Shown: piece after piece, positions 1 through 7,466 of the stretch
Numbering within the stretch: the first letter of the stretch is position 1
How the letters are laid out: every line of letters starts with the position of its first letter
Origin: Candidatus Bathyarchaeia archaeon
GTDB taxonomy: Archaea; Thermoproteota; Bathyarchaeia; Bathyarchaeales; Bathycorpusculaceae
Length of the DNA stretch: 15,122 nucleotides
Direction of reading: 5' to 3'
Assembly: GCA_030019335.1 (NCBI GenBank)
Contig: JASEET010000003.1
Location: 20,263 to 35,384 of the forward strand
Notes under the pieces: generated by a model
The model's input: only the letters and a program-made list of their open reading frames with translations
The model's database searches: none
Told to the model about the DNA's origin: nothing
Program-made: the position numbers and the translations under genes

Positions 1-2
1 CA

Positions 3-155
3 GAAAGCAACCATAGCCCTAAACCTTCAAGCATGGCGGAGTTTCTCGATTCCTTCAGCAACAAATCTACAAGGCGGATGTATCGCAGAGGCATAGAACT
101 TTTTTGCGAATGGTATGGCAAGGATGTCGAAACGATTCTAAAAGCTAAAAGCTAG
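3..155 (+). pseudogene. Short ORF or remnant resembling the N-terminal core-binding (SAM-like) segment of a tyrosine recombinase/integrase. It is open to the window edge, with an ATG at 33 and a TAG stop at 153-155.
   Basis: Translation from ATG 33 gives MAEFLDSFSNKSTRRMYRRGIELFCEWYGKDVETILKAKS*. The pattern EFL..F....S..T...Y...I..F..W resembles the start of Xer/phage-integrase N-terminal domains. The ORF stops after ~40 aa and no catalytic domain follows in any frame. It is too short for a firm call. Confidence 0.25.
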
Positions 156-182
156 TTATTGAAATAGTTTCACGTGACAGTT

Positions 183-210
183 GTTTCGTTAATAGCGAAA
201 CTATTTAAAG
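183..210 (+). promoter_or_regulatory. Palindrome (gtttcg-ttaatag-cgaaac) fused to a BRE/TATA-like element (GCGAAAC TATTTAAAG). Copy 1 of a recurring motif.
   Basis: 183-188 gtttcg is complementary to 196-201 cgaaac. A purine-rich CGAAA sits directly 5' of the A/T box TATTTAAAG (202-210), as expected for an archaeal BRE+TATA. Near-identical copies occur at 1894-1921 (inverted) and 10375-10397 (inverted). No obvious downstream gene lies on the + strand. Confidence 0.3.
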
Positions 211-374
211 CCAAGCGAAAGAGTTTCCGCCTTTCTCTCCCAAGTCTAGAGTTAGTGGAAGTGTTACAACCAAAAGCTAAACCACAAGGAACAACAACTT
301 TACTTATTGTTAGAAAGTCAAAACATTAAATCGAATAAGTAATGCACCTTAACGTGCGATTGTCCTCACTTTTT

Positions 375-1730
375 CTACTTCAATTTATACGTTTTTCCAC
401 ATTCTACAGTTTGAACTGTTTGCGGTAGTTTTTTGAAGAGATGTTGGTTTTCCGTATGTATAGGAAAAACTTTCTTCGGCTTGATATAACCGATTAGACT
501 CGTTATTTGCTTTCTGTTCATGTGTCCAGAAGCGTGAAGTTGATGAAACCGCATTTTAAAATGATCCAGCCAATTATGCATAACCACGTCTTCAATGTCC
601 TCTTCACTAAAAGGCTCACTCATACTATGAATAAAATGACTACCCGCATCCGGCCTAATATCGATTAATTCTGCAAACTGATAAAAATCCAAATCCATAA
701 CCAGCCTGCTCTGATTTTTATGCACAAACTCATGCGTCACCATCTTATCCATAAACTCCCGCTCCCAAACATAATAATCCCCTTCACTGAACCCTCCAGA
801 CTTCTTCCGTTTAAAATAAACCAAAATATCCTTATCCCGCAACGGGTCAGGAAGATCAAGACGCTTGTCCTCCACAAGCCTACCTAACAAATGCGCAGTT
901 TTCGGAGAAACCACAATCTTTCTACCATTATTTCGTGCCACGTTATAGAAGCTCCTAAACCGATCCATGTCACGACTGTAACGAGTAACAAACACAATCT
1001 TATCCGTGGACGAAACAATCTTGCCGCTTAACCGTTCAACCTGCCCTTCAGAATAATTCTTTCGCCTTTCCACATCAACCATCCTAGTGCCTTCACAAAT
1101 CATGGCCACAGGCTCACATTCACGCGCTTTATCTGCAAACTCCTCAGTCAAATCCTTCCTGGGACCATGAACCCTAAGATCCCCAGTATACACAATTACC
1201 CCCTCAGAAGTGTGAATCAAAAACCCGTAAGCAGCAGGAATCGAATGATCAACATGAACAGGCTCCACCACCATGCCATCAACCTTAACCTTGTCTCCCG
1301 TCCGAAACGTCCCATACCGATGCTCTCCATAATCACAGAAACCACTAGTCTTCTCCATAGCCTCCAAAAACAATTTAGTACCCTCACCAAGATACACCGG
1401 GATCTCCGGATCCAAAAACTGAATATGATTTACATGGTCAAAGTGAGCGTGAGACAGAAACACCGCGTCAAACCTCGGTTTCACATAACGAACATCCGTA
1501 AACCGCAACTGCCCCTCAGCATACAAACCCTTCAACTTCGGCAGCAAACCAAACTCAAAATAATCCCCCAAACCGTTGACAGCCCTAGGCGAAAGCCAAC
1601 CCGTAAAAAACTCACAGCCCATAGTAAAAGACTGACCAAAATCAAAGAAAACCCTGGCTTTCTTATCCTCTAAAAGAACCTTGTTTCCACCAATCTCATC
1701 TACACCACCATAAAACGTCAAACTCACCAT
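375..1730 (-). CDS. Metallo-beta-lactamase-fold beta-CASP ribonuclease, archaeal RNase J-like
   Basis: MBL motifs are present: FFDFG, HAHFDH (HxHxDH), VHVDHS and YTGDLR. The C-terminal beta-CASP-type HASGH and FPIHTE motifs and the N-terminal GGVDEIGGN resemble RNase J rather than CPSF-type members. The ORF track begins at TTG 1739. ATG 1730 (MVSLTFYGG...) is the more likely start. Confidence 0.8.
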   Translation of the reverse strand: MVSLTFYGGVDEIGGNKVLLEDKKARVFFDFGQSFTMGCEFFTGWLSPRAVNGLGDYFEFGLLPKLKGLYAEGQLRFTDVRYVKPRFDAVFLSHAHFDHVNHIQFLDPEIPVYLGEGTKLFLEAMEKTSGFCDYGEHRYGTFRTGDKVKVDGMVVEPVHVDHSIPAAYGFLIHTSEGVIVYTGDLRVHGPRKDLTEEFADKARECEPVAMICEGTRMVDVERRKNYSEGQVERLSGKIVSSTDKIVFVTRYSRDMDRFRSFYNVARNNGRKIVVSPKTAHLLGRLVEDKRLDLPDPLRDKDILVYFKRKKSGGFSEGDYYVWEREFMDKMVTHEFVHKNQSRLVMDLDFYQFAELIDIRPDAGSHFIHSMSEPFSEEDIEDVVMHNWLDHFKMRFHQLHASGHMNRKQITSLIGYIKPKKVFPIHTENQHLFKKLPQTVQTVECGKTYKLK

Positions 1731-1893
1731 TCCAAACAAACCACCATCAATTCACACTCAGCCACACCTTTCAAATAATCGAAACAAACATTTAACAATT
1801 CTGAACTCAGAATCCCAGCTAGAAACATTCAACATGAAAAATAGAAGAAAATCTAAACATGCTCGTTAAAGATGAAGAGTCCTGTTCGTTACT

Positions 1894-1921
1894 GTATTTA
1901 AATGTTCGCTAATAGCGAACA
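1894..1921 (-). promoter_or_regulatory. Palindrome (tgttcgc-taata-gcgaaca) fused to a BRE/TATA-like element, read on the minus strand as GCGAACA TTTAAATAC. Copy 2 of the recurring motif and a possible promoter of the RNase J-like gene.
   Basis: There is a 7-bp perfect inverted repeat, 1903-1909 / 1915-1921. On the minus strand CGAAC lies immediately 5' of TTTAAATA. The element is oriented toward the RNase J-like gene but sits ~160 nt upstream of its start, so a long leader or another transcript is possible. Confidence 0.35.
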
Positions 1922-2029
1922 CATCATTATTTTTCTTTGTAGCAACTGAATCCGGCTGTCACGCCTTAATTTAAAAGTTGTTTCGCGGGCGTTTTTGTTT
2001 CCCACGTAACCTATCACTTAACTTCACTG

Positions 2030-2225
2030 TAGAGCCGTACGCTCCCCTAGGTTAAGCTCTCTCGGCGTGGGATTTTTCGCCCGCGCCCACCGTGTCCCAT
2101 GCTTGGGTAAACCCGCCATCACAAGCAGCAAGCGTAGCGCTTGCCTCTTCCGTTGAGTCCGTCGACATGGTTCTCTCCACAAGGGAGAGTTCCGGTGGGA
2201 TTGAAAAGCTCTCAGAGTCATCGCT
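2030..2225. ncRNA. GC-rich, multi-helix structured RNA candidate. Class and strand are undetermined, and the 5' boundary may extend to ~1984.
   Basis: By my count 2041-2220 is 104/180 G+C (58%), against 20/60 (33%) for 1801-1860. Nested complementary segments are 2086-2092/2194-2200, 2097-2101/2166-2170, 2128-2134/2138-2144, 2173-2178/2184-2189, 2066-2071/2080-2085 and 2105-2107/2112-2114. The only ORFs here (2024-2221 minus, 2092-2379 plus) have Arg/Ser/Pro-rich translations with no recognisable domain, as expected from reading through a GC-rich RNA gene. Confidence 0.55.
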
Positions 2226-2263
2226 AAACAAACATGGTATACTGGGAAAATTAAATGTTCCTA

Positions 2264-3964
2264 TTATGCTCTGCGGGTCTGCTTTATTTTCACTATTCTG
2301 TCCATGTTTAGTTCGAAGGCTACTGCGGGGTTTTCAAAGTTCCATGCCTCCAAAACTTTTGGATGAATTTCCCCCATAATTCCAACGTTTCTCCCGTTAA
2401 CAATTGCAGTGCCAACCCGCCCCTCAATGAAGCTTGGATGCTTTGCTTCTTTTATCCGCCATTCCAAACCAAAATTCGTGAAGAAAGCATCTAAAACTGA
2501 TTTGATTTCGCTGAAACTGGCGTTTGCATGGACAATAACCCCGGCAAGCCTTTCCTCGTCCTTAGTTTTTGTCTCTCTTTTCTCATCCAAAAGCATGACA
2601 GTGCCTAACTCAAAGATTTTTTGTGGATACTCAATGTGAAGGTTGTTGCTTAAAAACTCCATGAGACTTGGGAGGAGCCAGTTTCTGAGGCACGTTAAGG
2701 TTTGAACCTTAGGGTTAACTATTTCAACTATCCTCTCTTTTCTACAGTTCATCTTCTTGAAAAGGGTTTCCGGGTTTGTAAGCGTATAAGTGAGGACCTC
2801 TTGAAATCCCATGCCAACCATCAACTCCCTTGCAACATTAAAGGAGCCTTCTTCAAGTTTTACACCACCTGTTGTTGGCAGTTTACGCCATAACGGCTTG
2901 ATATTGTTGTATCCATATGCTATTGCCATGTCCTCTACTAAGTCTATTGGGTGCATCACGTCAATTCTGTAACACGGAACCCGCACGGTCACCTGACCCT
3001 TTCCAATTTTTTCAACGCCAAATCCTGCTTTACCCAATAGTTCAGCAATCTGTCTGGCTGTTAACTGCAAACCCAAAACTTTGTTTACATATCCAACTTT
3101 CAAGTTCATGAACCATGTTTCAAGCTTAGGCGTTACAACTTCCAAATTTTCATGTGGATAGTGGACTATTGCTGAGTAGGCTTTTCCTCCACGGTCGATC
3201 AAGGATAAAGTAACTATTTTTAAGGTGTTAAGCACTGTTTCATGCATCGTGCCGGTTACCTCAACAAGAATATGTCTTGTTTTCTCCGTCACCCTTCCCA
3301 GATCGTTTGAGTTTATGATTGGTGGGAACGAAAGCACCTTTTTCTCTGAATCCAGTAGTATGGGGTAAACAGGATACTTGCTTACAATGTAGCCGTACTC
3401 TATCCCCTTTGGATGCCGCTCCAGAATCTCCTTTAAATTCAATTTTTCCTCGAAGCCTAGTGGCACAAAGCTGATTTCGGTTGGTTTTGTAACTGTGTAG
3501 TGAAGCGGTGTGGTTATGAGACTGAAATCATACAGTCCAATGGATGTTCGCCGCCTGTTCCTCCCGTATGATTGGTCAAGTTTATCTTGCAAGTGCATGA
3601 ACCCGCGGATTATGGTGTCTGTTAATTTGACGTTTTTGACTATCGAACAGCCTATGTAAGGTCGGATGTCCCTAAGTCTTGAGTCAACGTAAATCTCTGC
3701 TAATGGTTTGCCGACGGTATACCGTCTTAAACCCTTTTCAACGCCTAAAAACCCACGTAAAGCCCTAGCTAAGCCCTCAATGTTCCATATATCTGGACGA
3801 TTTGTATCCTTAATTTCAACGCTTATTACGCCTTCTTCTTCATCGAAGGGTTTCGCTTCACCCTTAACAAAGGCTAATATGTCATTGAGTTTTTCCAAGT
3901 CCTTGTGCAGTTCTATCCCAAGCATTCTTTCAAAATCTGCATAATCAACCTCTATTGTAGGCAT
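2264..3964 (-). CDS. pheT: Phenylalanine--tRNA ligase beta subunit (archaeal type)
   Basis: The N-terminus MPTIEVDYADFERMLG is typical of archaeal PheT, and the ~566-aa length and B3/4- and B5-like regions fit. ATG 3964 overlaps the pheS TAA stop (minus strand TAATG) and is preceded by GGGAGTGG. The track's longer form starts at TTG 3991 inside pheS. Confidence 0.92.
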   Translation of the reverse strand: MPTIEVDYADFERMLGIELHKDLEKLNDILAFVKGEAKPFDEEEGVISVEIKDTNRPDIWNIEGLARALRGFLGVEKGLRRYTVGKPLAEIYVDSRLRDIRPYIGCSIVKNVKLTDTIIRGFMHLQDKLDQSYGRNRRRTSIGLYDFSLITTPLHYTVTKPTEISFVPLGFEEKLNLKEILERHPKGIEYGYIVSKYPVYPILLDSEKKVLSFPPIINSNDLGRVTEKTRHILVEVTGTMHETVLNTLKIVTLSLIDRGGKAYSAIVHYPHENLEVVTPKLETWFMNLKVGYVNKVLGLQLTARQIAELLGKAGFGVEKIGKGQVTVRVPCYRIDVMHPIDLVEDMAIAYGYNNIKPLWRKLPTTGGVKLEEGSFNVARELMVGMGFQEVLTYTLTNPETLFKKMNCRKERIVEIVNPKVQTLTCLRNWLLPSLMEFLSNNLHIEYPQKIFELGTVMLLDEKRETKTKDEERLAGVIVHANASFSEIKSVLDAFFTNFGLEWRIKEAKHPSFIEGRVGTAIVNGRNVGIMGEIHPKVLEAWNFENPAVAFELNMDRIVKIKQTRRA

Positions 3965-5475
3965 TAAACCACTCCCTTTCTCTTTATCCAATCCAAATTC
4001 TGCGTGAAAATGTAGCGGATGTCATCTATTCCAGCTTTCATCATGAATAAGCGGTCTATGCCTAAACCCCAAGCGATAACAGGCACCTTGATGCCTAAGG
4101 GCATAGTTACCTCTGGCCTGAAGATTCCTGAGCCTCCAAATTCAATCCACCCATAACCTTTCTTGTAGGCACTGAGCTCGACGCTTGGCTCTGTGAATGG
4201 GAAGTAATCTGGTCTAAACTTAACTTCGTCTGCCCCAGCTATTTCAATAGCGAATTTTTCTAAAACTCCCAAGAGGTCCCGAAGCGTTAAATTCTCATCA
4301 ACCACTATGCCCTCAACCTGATTAAACTCTGTGAGATGCGTCTTGTCCACTACTTCCGGTCTGTAGCAGCGAACTATCGAGAAGTATCTACCCGGTATCT
4401 CCAAATCCTTGCTCAAGAGTGTTCTGACGCTAAGGCATGTTCCATGTCCACGCAAAACTAAACGTCTGGCTTCTTTAACAGAGTATTTATACCTCCATCC
4501 AGTTGAGCCTGTCTTCCAACCGTCTTCGTGGGTCTTTTTAACCTTTTCCACAATATGCTCGTAGGCGTCCAAGTTGCCATATTTCGGGTATTTAACTAAG
4601 TATATGCCGAAGATTTCTCGTGCTGGATGGTCTTGAGGAGTATAAAGAGCATCAAAGTTGAAAAATGATGTCTCAACGATGGGGCCTACCATCTCTTTGA
4701 AGCCTAAGGTGACAAGTTTTTCTTTCACCTCATCAAGGAATTGCAGGTAAGGGTGCTTTTTGCCTGGCCAAGTTTTTGCTACTGGAGCCCTTATGTTGTA
4801 TTTTTGAAGTTTTACTTTCCGCCATTTCCCACTGATTACGAGCTCCGGTGTAAGTTGGGTTACATCCGTTGTAACTTTGATTCCTTTTTTTATTGCGGTC
4901 CAGCCTGCATTTGTTATCTCGATGACTCTTCTCGTTTTCTCCTCAATTTCCAAAAGTTTTCTTCTCTTCAAAACTTGGACGGCTGCTTGTAACTCTGGGC
5001 TTAACTCTTCAACCGTTGCTTGTTCTTTTTCGCCTAAAAGCTTCAGTAGCTTTTCATCCTTTCCCTCTTCCAGTTTTCCCAATATTTGTAGCATATTTGT
5101 TTTTGTATTCAAGAGTGCCCATTTCTTCTTTTGAACCCAACCCAAGGCTATTGGTATAAACTGCTTTTCTAAACCAGCCTTTTCAACAGTTTTTTTAAGT
5201 GGTGCTTTCTCTCCAAACTTCTTCAAAGCATTAATTAAGCGTCTTTCCGGTAAACACTTTCTCGCGTGGAATTTTCCTTCTTCGTTAAGCTTTACAATTG
5301 TCTGTTTCTCTTTGTGGATTTTCACAACTTTTCTTTCTTGTAATGTTAGGACTGCACGCATTACCGCTGCATCAGTCAATCCGCTCTCATTTATTATCCG
5401 CTCAACTGATGCTTTTCCACCCAGTCTTTCTATGGCTAAAAGCGTTTTGCGTTCATGCTTTCTAAGCTCAATCAT
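3964..5475 (-). CDS. pheS: Phenylalanine--tRNA ligase alpha subunit (archaeal/eukaryal type with N-terminal winged-helix repeats)
   Basis: The class II aaRS core includes YTPQDHPAREIF, LRGHGT, RCYRPE and GLGIDRL. The long N-terminal extension is typical of archaeal PheS. The gene lies directly upstream of pheT and is translationally coupled to it. Confidence 0.93.
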   Translation of the reverse strand: MIELRKHERKTLLAIERLGGKASVERIINESGLTDAAVMRAVLTLQERKVVKIHKEKQTIVKLNEEGKFHARKCLPERRLINALKKFGEKAPLKKTVEKAGLEKQFIPIALGWVQKKKWALLNTKTNMLQILGKLEEGKDEKLLKLLGEKEQATVEELSPELQAAVQVLKRRKLLEIEEKTRRVIEITNAGWTAIKKGIKVTTDVTQLTPELVISGKWRKVKLQKYNIRAPVAKTWPGKKHPYLQFLDEVKEKLVTLGFKEMVGPIVETSFFNFDALYTPQDHPAREIFGIYLVKYPKYGNLDAYEHIVEKVKKTHEDGWKTGSTGWRYKYSVKEARRLVLRGHGTCLSVRTLLSKDLEIPGRYFSIVRCYRPEVVDKTHLTEFNQVEGIVVDENLTLRDLLGVLEKFAIEIAGADEVKFRPDYFPFTEPSVELSAYKKGYGWIEFGGSGIFRPEVTMPLGIKVPVIAWGLGIDRLFMMKAGIDDIRYIFTQNLDWIKRKGVV

Positions 5476-5781
5476 AGCGTTTCCCTTCGTGGATGGAACA
5501 AGTTAAGTTTGGTAAAGTAGTTGTTCTGGTTTTAATAAAAGTATGCATGCTCTTCGCTGGCTTTTGTCCAGAAACAGTTTGCCCTTTCACATAAATTGGC
5601 GAGGCATCACTTCACCATCGAGAATTAGAAACGAAGAAACCATATTTATAGCTTATTCCAGAAGAGGCATCGCAGACACCGCCTCAGCTTGTCCGCACAA
5701 AACTTAATACCTTTTTCATGAATTGTATAAGGAGCTAAAACGATAGGCGGCACCCGTTTGGTTGACGAAAAGGAAAATGAG

Positions 5782-6888
5782 ATGGTTGTTACTCCTTGGG
5801 AAGTTAGGGGCAGGGTCGATTATGAACGGTTAATACGTGAATTCGGCACCCAGCCTTTGACAGAAGAGTTGCGGCAAAGAATAGCGAGATATACAGGCAG
5901 ACTTCACCTCCAACTGCGAAGGAAACTCTTTTTTTCGCATCGTGACTTAGACGTTATCCTCGACCTATACGAAAAGGGAATAAAATTCGTATTATACACT
6001 GGTAGAGGTCCTTCAGGCACAGTTCACATAGGGCATCTTGTCCCATGGATTTTCACGAAACATTTACAAGACAAGTTTAAAACAAGGCTTTATTTCCAGA
6101 TGACTGACGATGAGAAATTTGTGGTAGAGGACGAACTGAAACTTGAGGAGACGAAGAATTTTGCTTACGAAAATGCTTTAGACTTAATTGCCTTAGGCTT
6201 TGAACCGGAAAACACTTCCATAATTTTTGATGTGAAAGACATAGCCCTACTCTATGACATTGCTTTAGAAGTCGCAAAACGCATAACCTATTCAACAGCA
6301 AGAGCAACCTTCGGATTCCAAGACAGCACGAACATAGGCTGGATATTCTGGCCAGCCATCCAAGCAGTACCATGCTTCCTACACGCAAAATTAACAGGTG
6401 AAAATGTTCCAGCCCTCATCCCAGCAGCCATAGACCAAGACCCATATTGGCGAGTTACCCGCGACATAGCCCTAAAACTCGGCTACTACAAACCAGCACA
6501 AATCCACTGCCGCTTCCTACCCGGACTTGGAAAAGGCGGAAAAATGAGCGCTTCAGAACCAGAAACATCCATATTCACAATGGACCCGCCGGAAGTTGTA
6601 AAGCAAAAGATATGGAATGCCTTCACAGGCGGAAGAGCAACTGTTGAAGAACAAAGGAAACTGGGAGGCGACCCAAACATATGCACAATATTCCAATATT
6701 TTGCTTACTTGTTCGAAGAGGACGATAAGAAACTGGCTGAAAGGGAGAGGCAATGCAGGGCCGGCGAAATATTATGTGGCAAATGCAAAACTGAACTAAC
6801 AGAAAGAATAAACAAATTCCTCGCTGAACACCAGAAGAAACGGGAAAAAGCAAGAAACATCATAGAAAAATTCTATATCAAACGTTAA
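5782..6888 (+). CDS. trpS: Tryptophan--tRNA ligase (archaeal/eukaryal type)
   Basis: The N-terminus TPWEVRGRVDYERLIREFG is characteristic of archaeal TrpRS. The class I HIGH motif (TVHIGHL) and KMSKS motif (KMSAS) are present. The track start is TTG 5758. I prefer ATG 5782 (MVVTPWEV), but either is possible. Confidence 0.9.
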   Translation: MVVTPWEVRGRVDYERLIREFGTQPLTEELRQRIARYTGRLHLQLRRKLFFSHRDLDVILDLYEKGIKFVLYTGRGPSGTVHIGHLVPWIFTKHLQDKFKTRLYFQMTDDEKFVVEDELKLEETKNFAYENALDLIALGFEPENTSIIFDVKDIALLYDIALEVAKRITYSTARATFGFQDSTNIGWIFWPAIQAVPCFLHAKLTGENVPALIPAAIDQDPYWRVTRDIALKLGYYKPAQIHCRFLPGLGKGGKMSASEPETSIFTMDPPEVVKQKIWNAFTGGRATVEEQRKLGGDPNICTIFQYFAYLFEEDDKKLAERERQCRAGEILCGKCKTELTERINKFLAEHQKKREKARNIIEKFYIKR

Positions 6889-6902
6889 GGTGTGGCTTAG
6901 AT

Positions 6903-7466
6903 ATGTCGGAAAAAGAAAAAGTTAATATCAGCCCTTCTTCAGCTTACAAACTTCTTCATCCAATGCATACAGTGCTTGTTTCATGCGCTGGAAAAACCGG
7001 AAAACCAAACATCATAACTTTGGCATGGGCCATGCCCACATCAATTAATCCGCCGTTGGTTGCCGTAAGCATTGCGCCTAGAAGACATTCCCATTCTCTT
7101 ATTGAGGAGACAAAGGAGTTTGTAGTAAACATTCCAACAATGAACATACTAAAGGAGACACTTTTCTGCGGTAGGGTGAGCGGGAGAGAACACGACAAAT
7201 TCAAAGAAGGTGGTTTAACACCTTTGCCTGCTAAAAAAGTGAAACCGCCAATAATCAAAGAATGTGTAGCCCATTTAGAATGCAAGCTTCATAGCCAATT
7301 TACAACCGGCGACCACACAATATTTGTTGGCGAGATAGTTGAAGCCTACGCGGACAAGAATGCTTTTACAGAGGGGTACAATTTAGAAAAAGCGAAGATG
7401 ATTTTCCACTTAGGCGGGAGCGAGTTCGCAACCCTTGAATCTAAAGTTTTCACGCCTAAACTTTAA
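6903..7466 (+). CDS. Flavin reductase-like (FMN-binding split-barrel) domain protein
   Basis: The pattern HTVLVSC...NIITLAWAMPTSINPPLVAVSI...EFVVNI...DKF...AHLECK...GDHTIFVGEIVEAY matches the Flavin_Reduct domain layout. The SD-like AAGGTG at 6887-6892 overlaps the trpS stop, 10 nt before the ATG, so the gene is probably co-transcribed with trpS. Confidence 0.8.
   Translation: MSEKEKVNISPSSAYKLLHPMHTVLVSCAGKTGKPNIITLAWAMPTSINPPLVAVSIAPRRHSHSLIEETKEFVVNIPTMNILKETLFCGRVSGREHDKFKEGGLTPLPAKKVKPPIIKECVAHLECKLHSQFTTGDHTIFVGEIVEAYADKNAFTEGYNLEKAKMIFHLGGSEFATLESKVFTPKL

Noticed and set aside
1167-1673. A 168-aa + strand ORF inside the RNase J-like gene, and similar antisense ORFs inside pheT, pheS, trpS, the NTase, the MPE and the permease (e.g. 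4741-5134, 6077-6853, 10449-10808, 13253-13637)
   Set aside because: All are antisense or out-of-frame overlaps of genes with clear family motifs. Their translations are low-complexity, and none has an RBS-like sequence.
183-1921. The inverted repeats flanking the RNase J-like gene read as terminal inverted repeats of a mobile element
   Set aside because: The enclosed gene is a housekeeping-type ribonuclease and there is no transposase. No flanking target-site duplication is visible. A third copy sits at the 5S promoter, which points to a promoter or operator role instead.
2060-2125. Possible tRNA on the minus strand. GGCGGGUUUACCCAAGCAUGGGACACGGU resembles an acceptor plus a class-II-like D-arm.
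   Set aside because: No T-arm (GTTCRAATC-like) and no 3' acceptor strand complementary to GGCGGGU follows. The putative anticodon region does not form a 5-bp stem with a 7-nt loop or a bulge-helix-bulge intron.
1984-2225. Naming the structured RNA as SRP (7S) RNA or RNase P RNA
   Set aside because: I could not find GGAAAGUCC (RNase P CR-I) on either strand. The only GGAA (minus strand CAACGGAAGAGGCAAGC) is not closed by a stable stem as in SRP helix 8, and there is no long helix-5-like pairing. The similarity of GGGTAAACCC..AGCAAG to the RNase P J11/12 region is too short to rely on. The RNA is left unclassified pending a covariance-model search.
2024-2379. ORFs of 65 aa (-) and 95 aa (+) over the GC-rich block
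   Set aside because: Both translations are Arg/Ser/Pro-rich with no start context. The + ORF runs into the 3' end of pheT on the opposite strand. The nested helices are explained better by a structured RNA.
5476-5757. A T-box or other aaRS leader riboswitch upstream of trpS or pheS
   Set aside because: T-box leaders are bacterial. No specifier-loop or T-box consensus is visible. Only short repeats and one 5-bp hairpin were found, and these are reported separately as a low-interest regulatory candidate.
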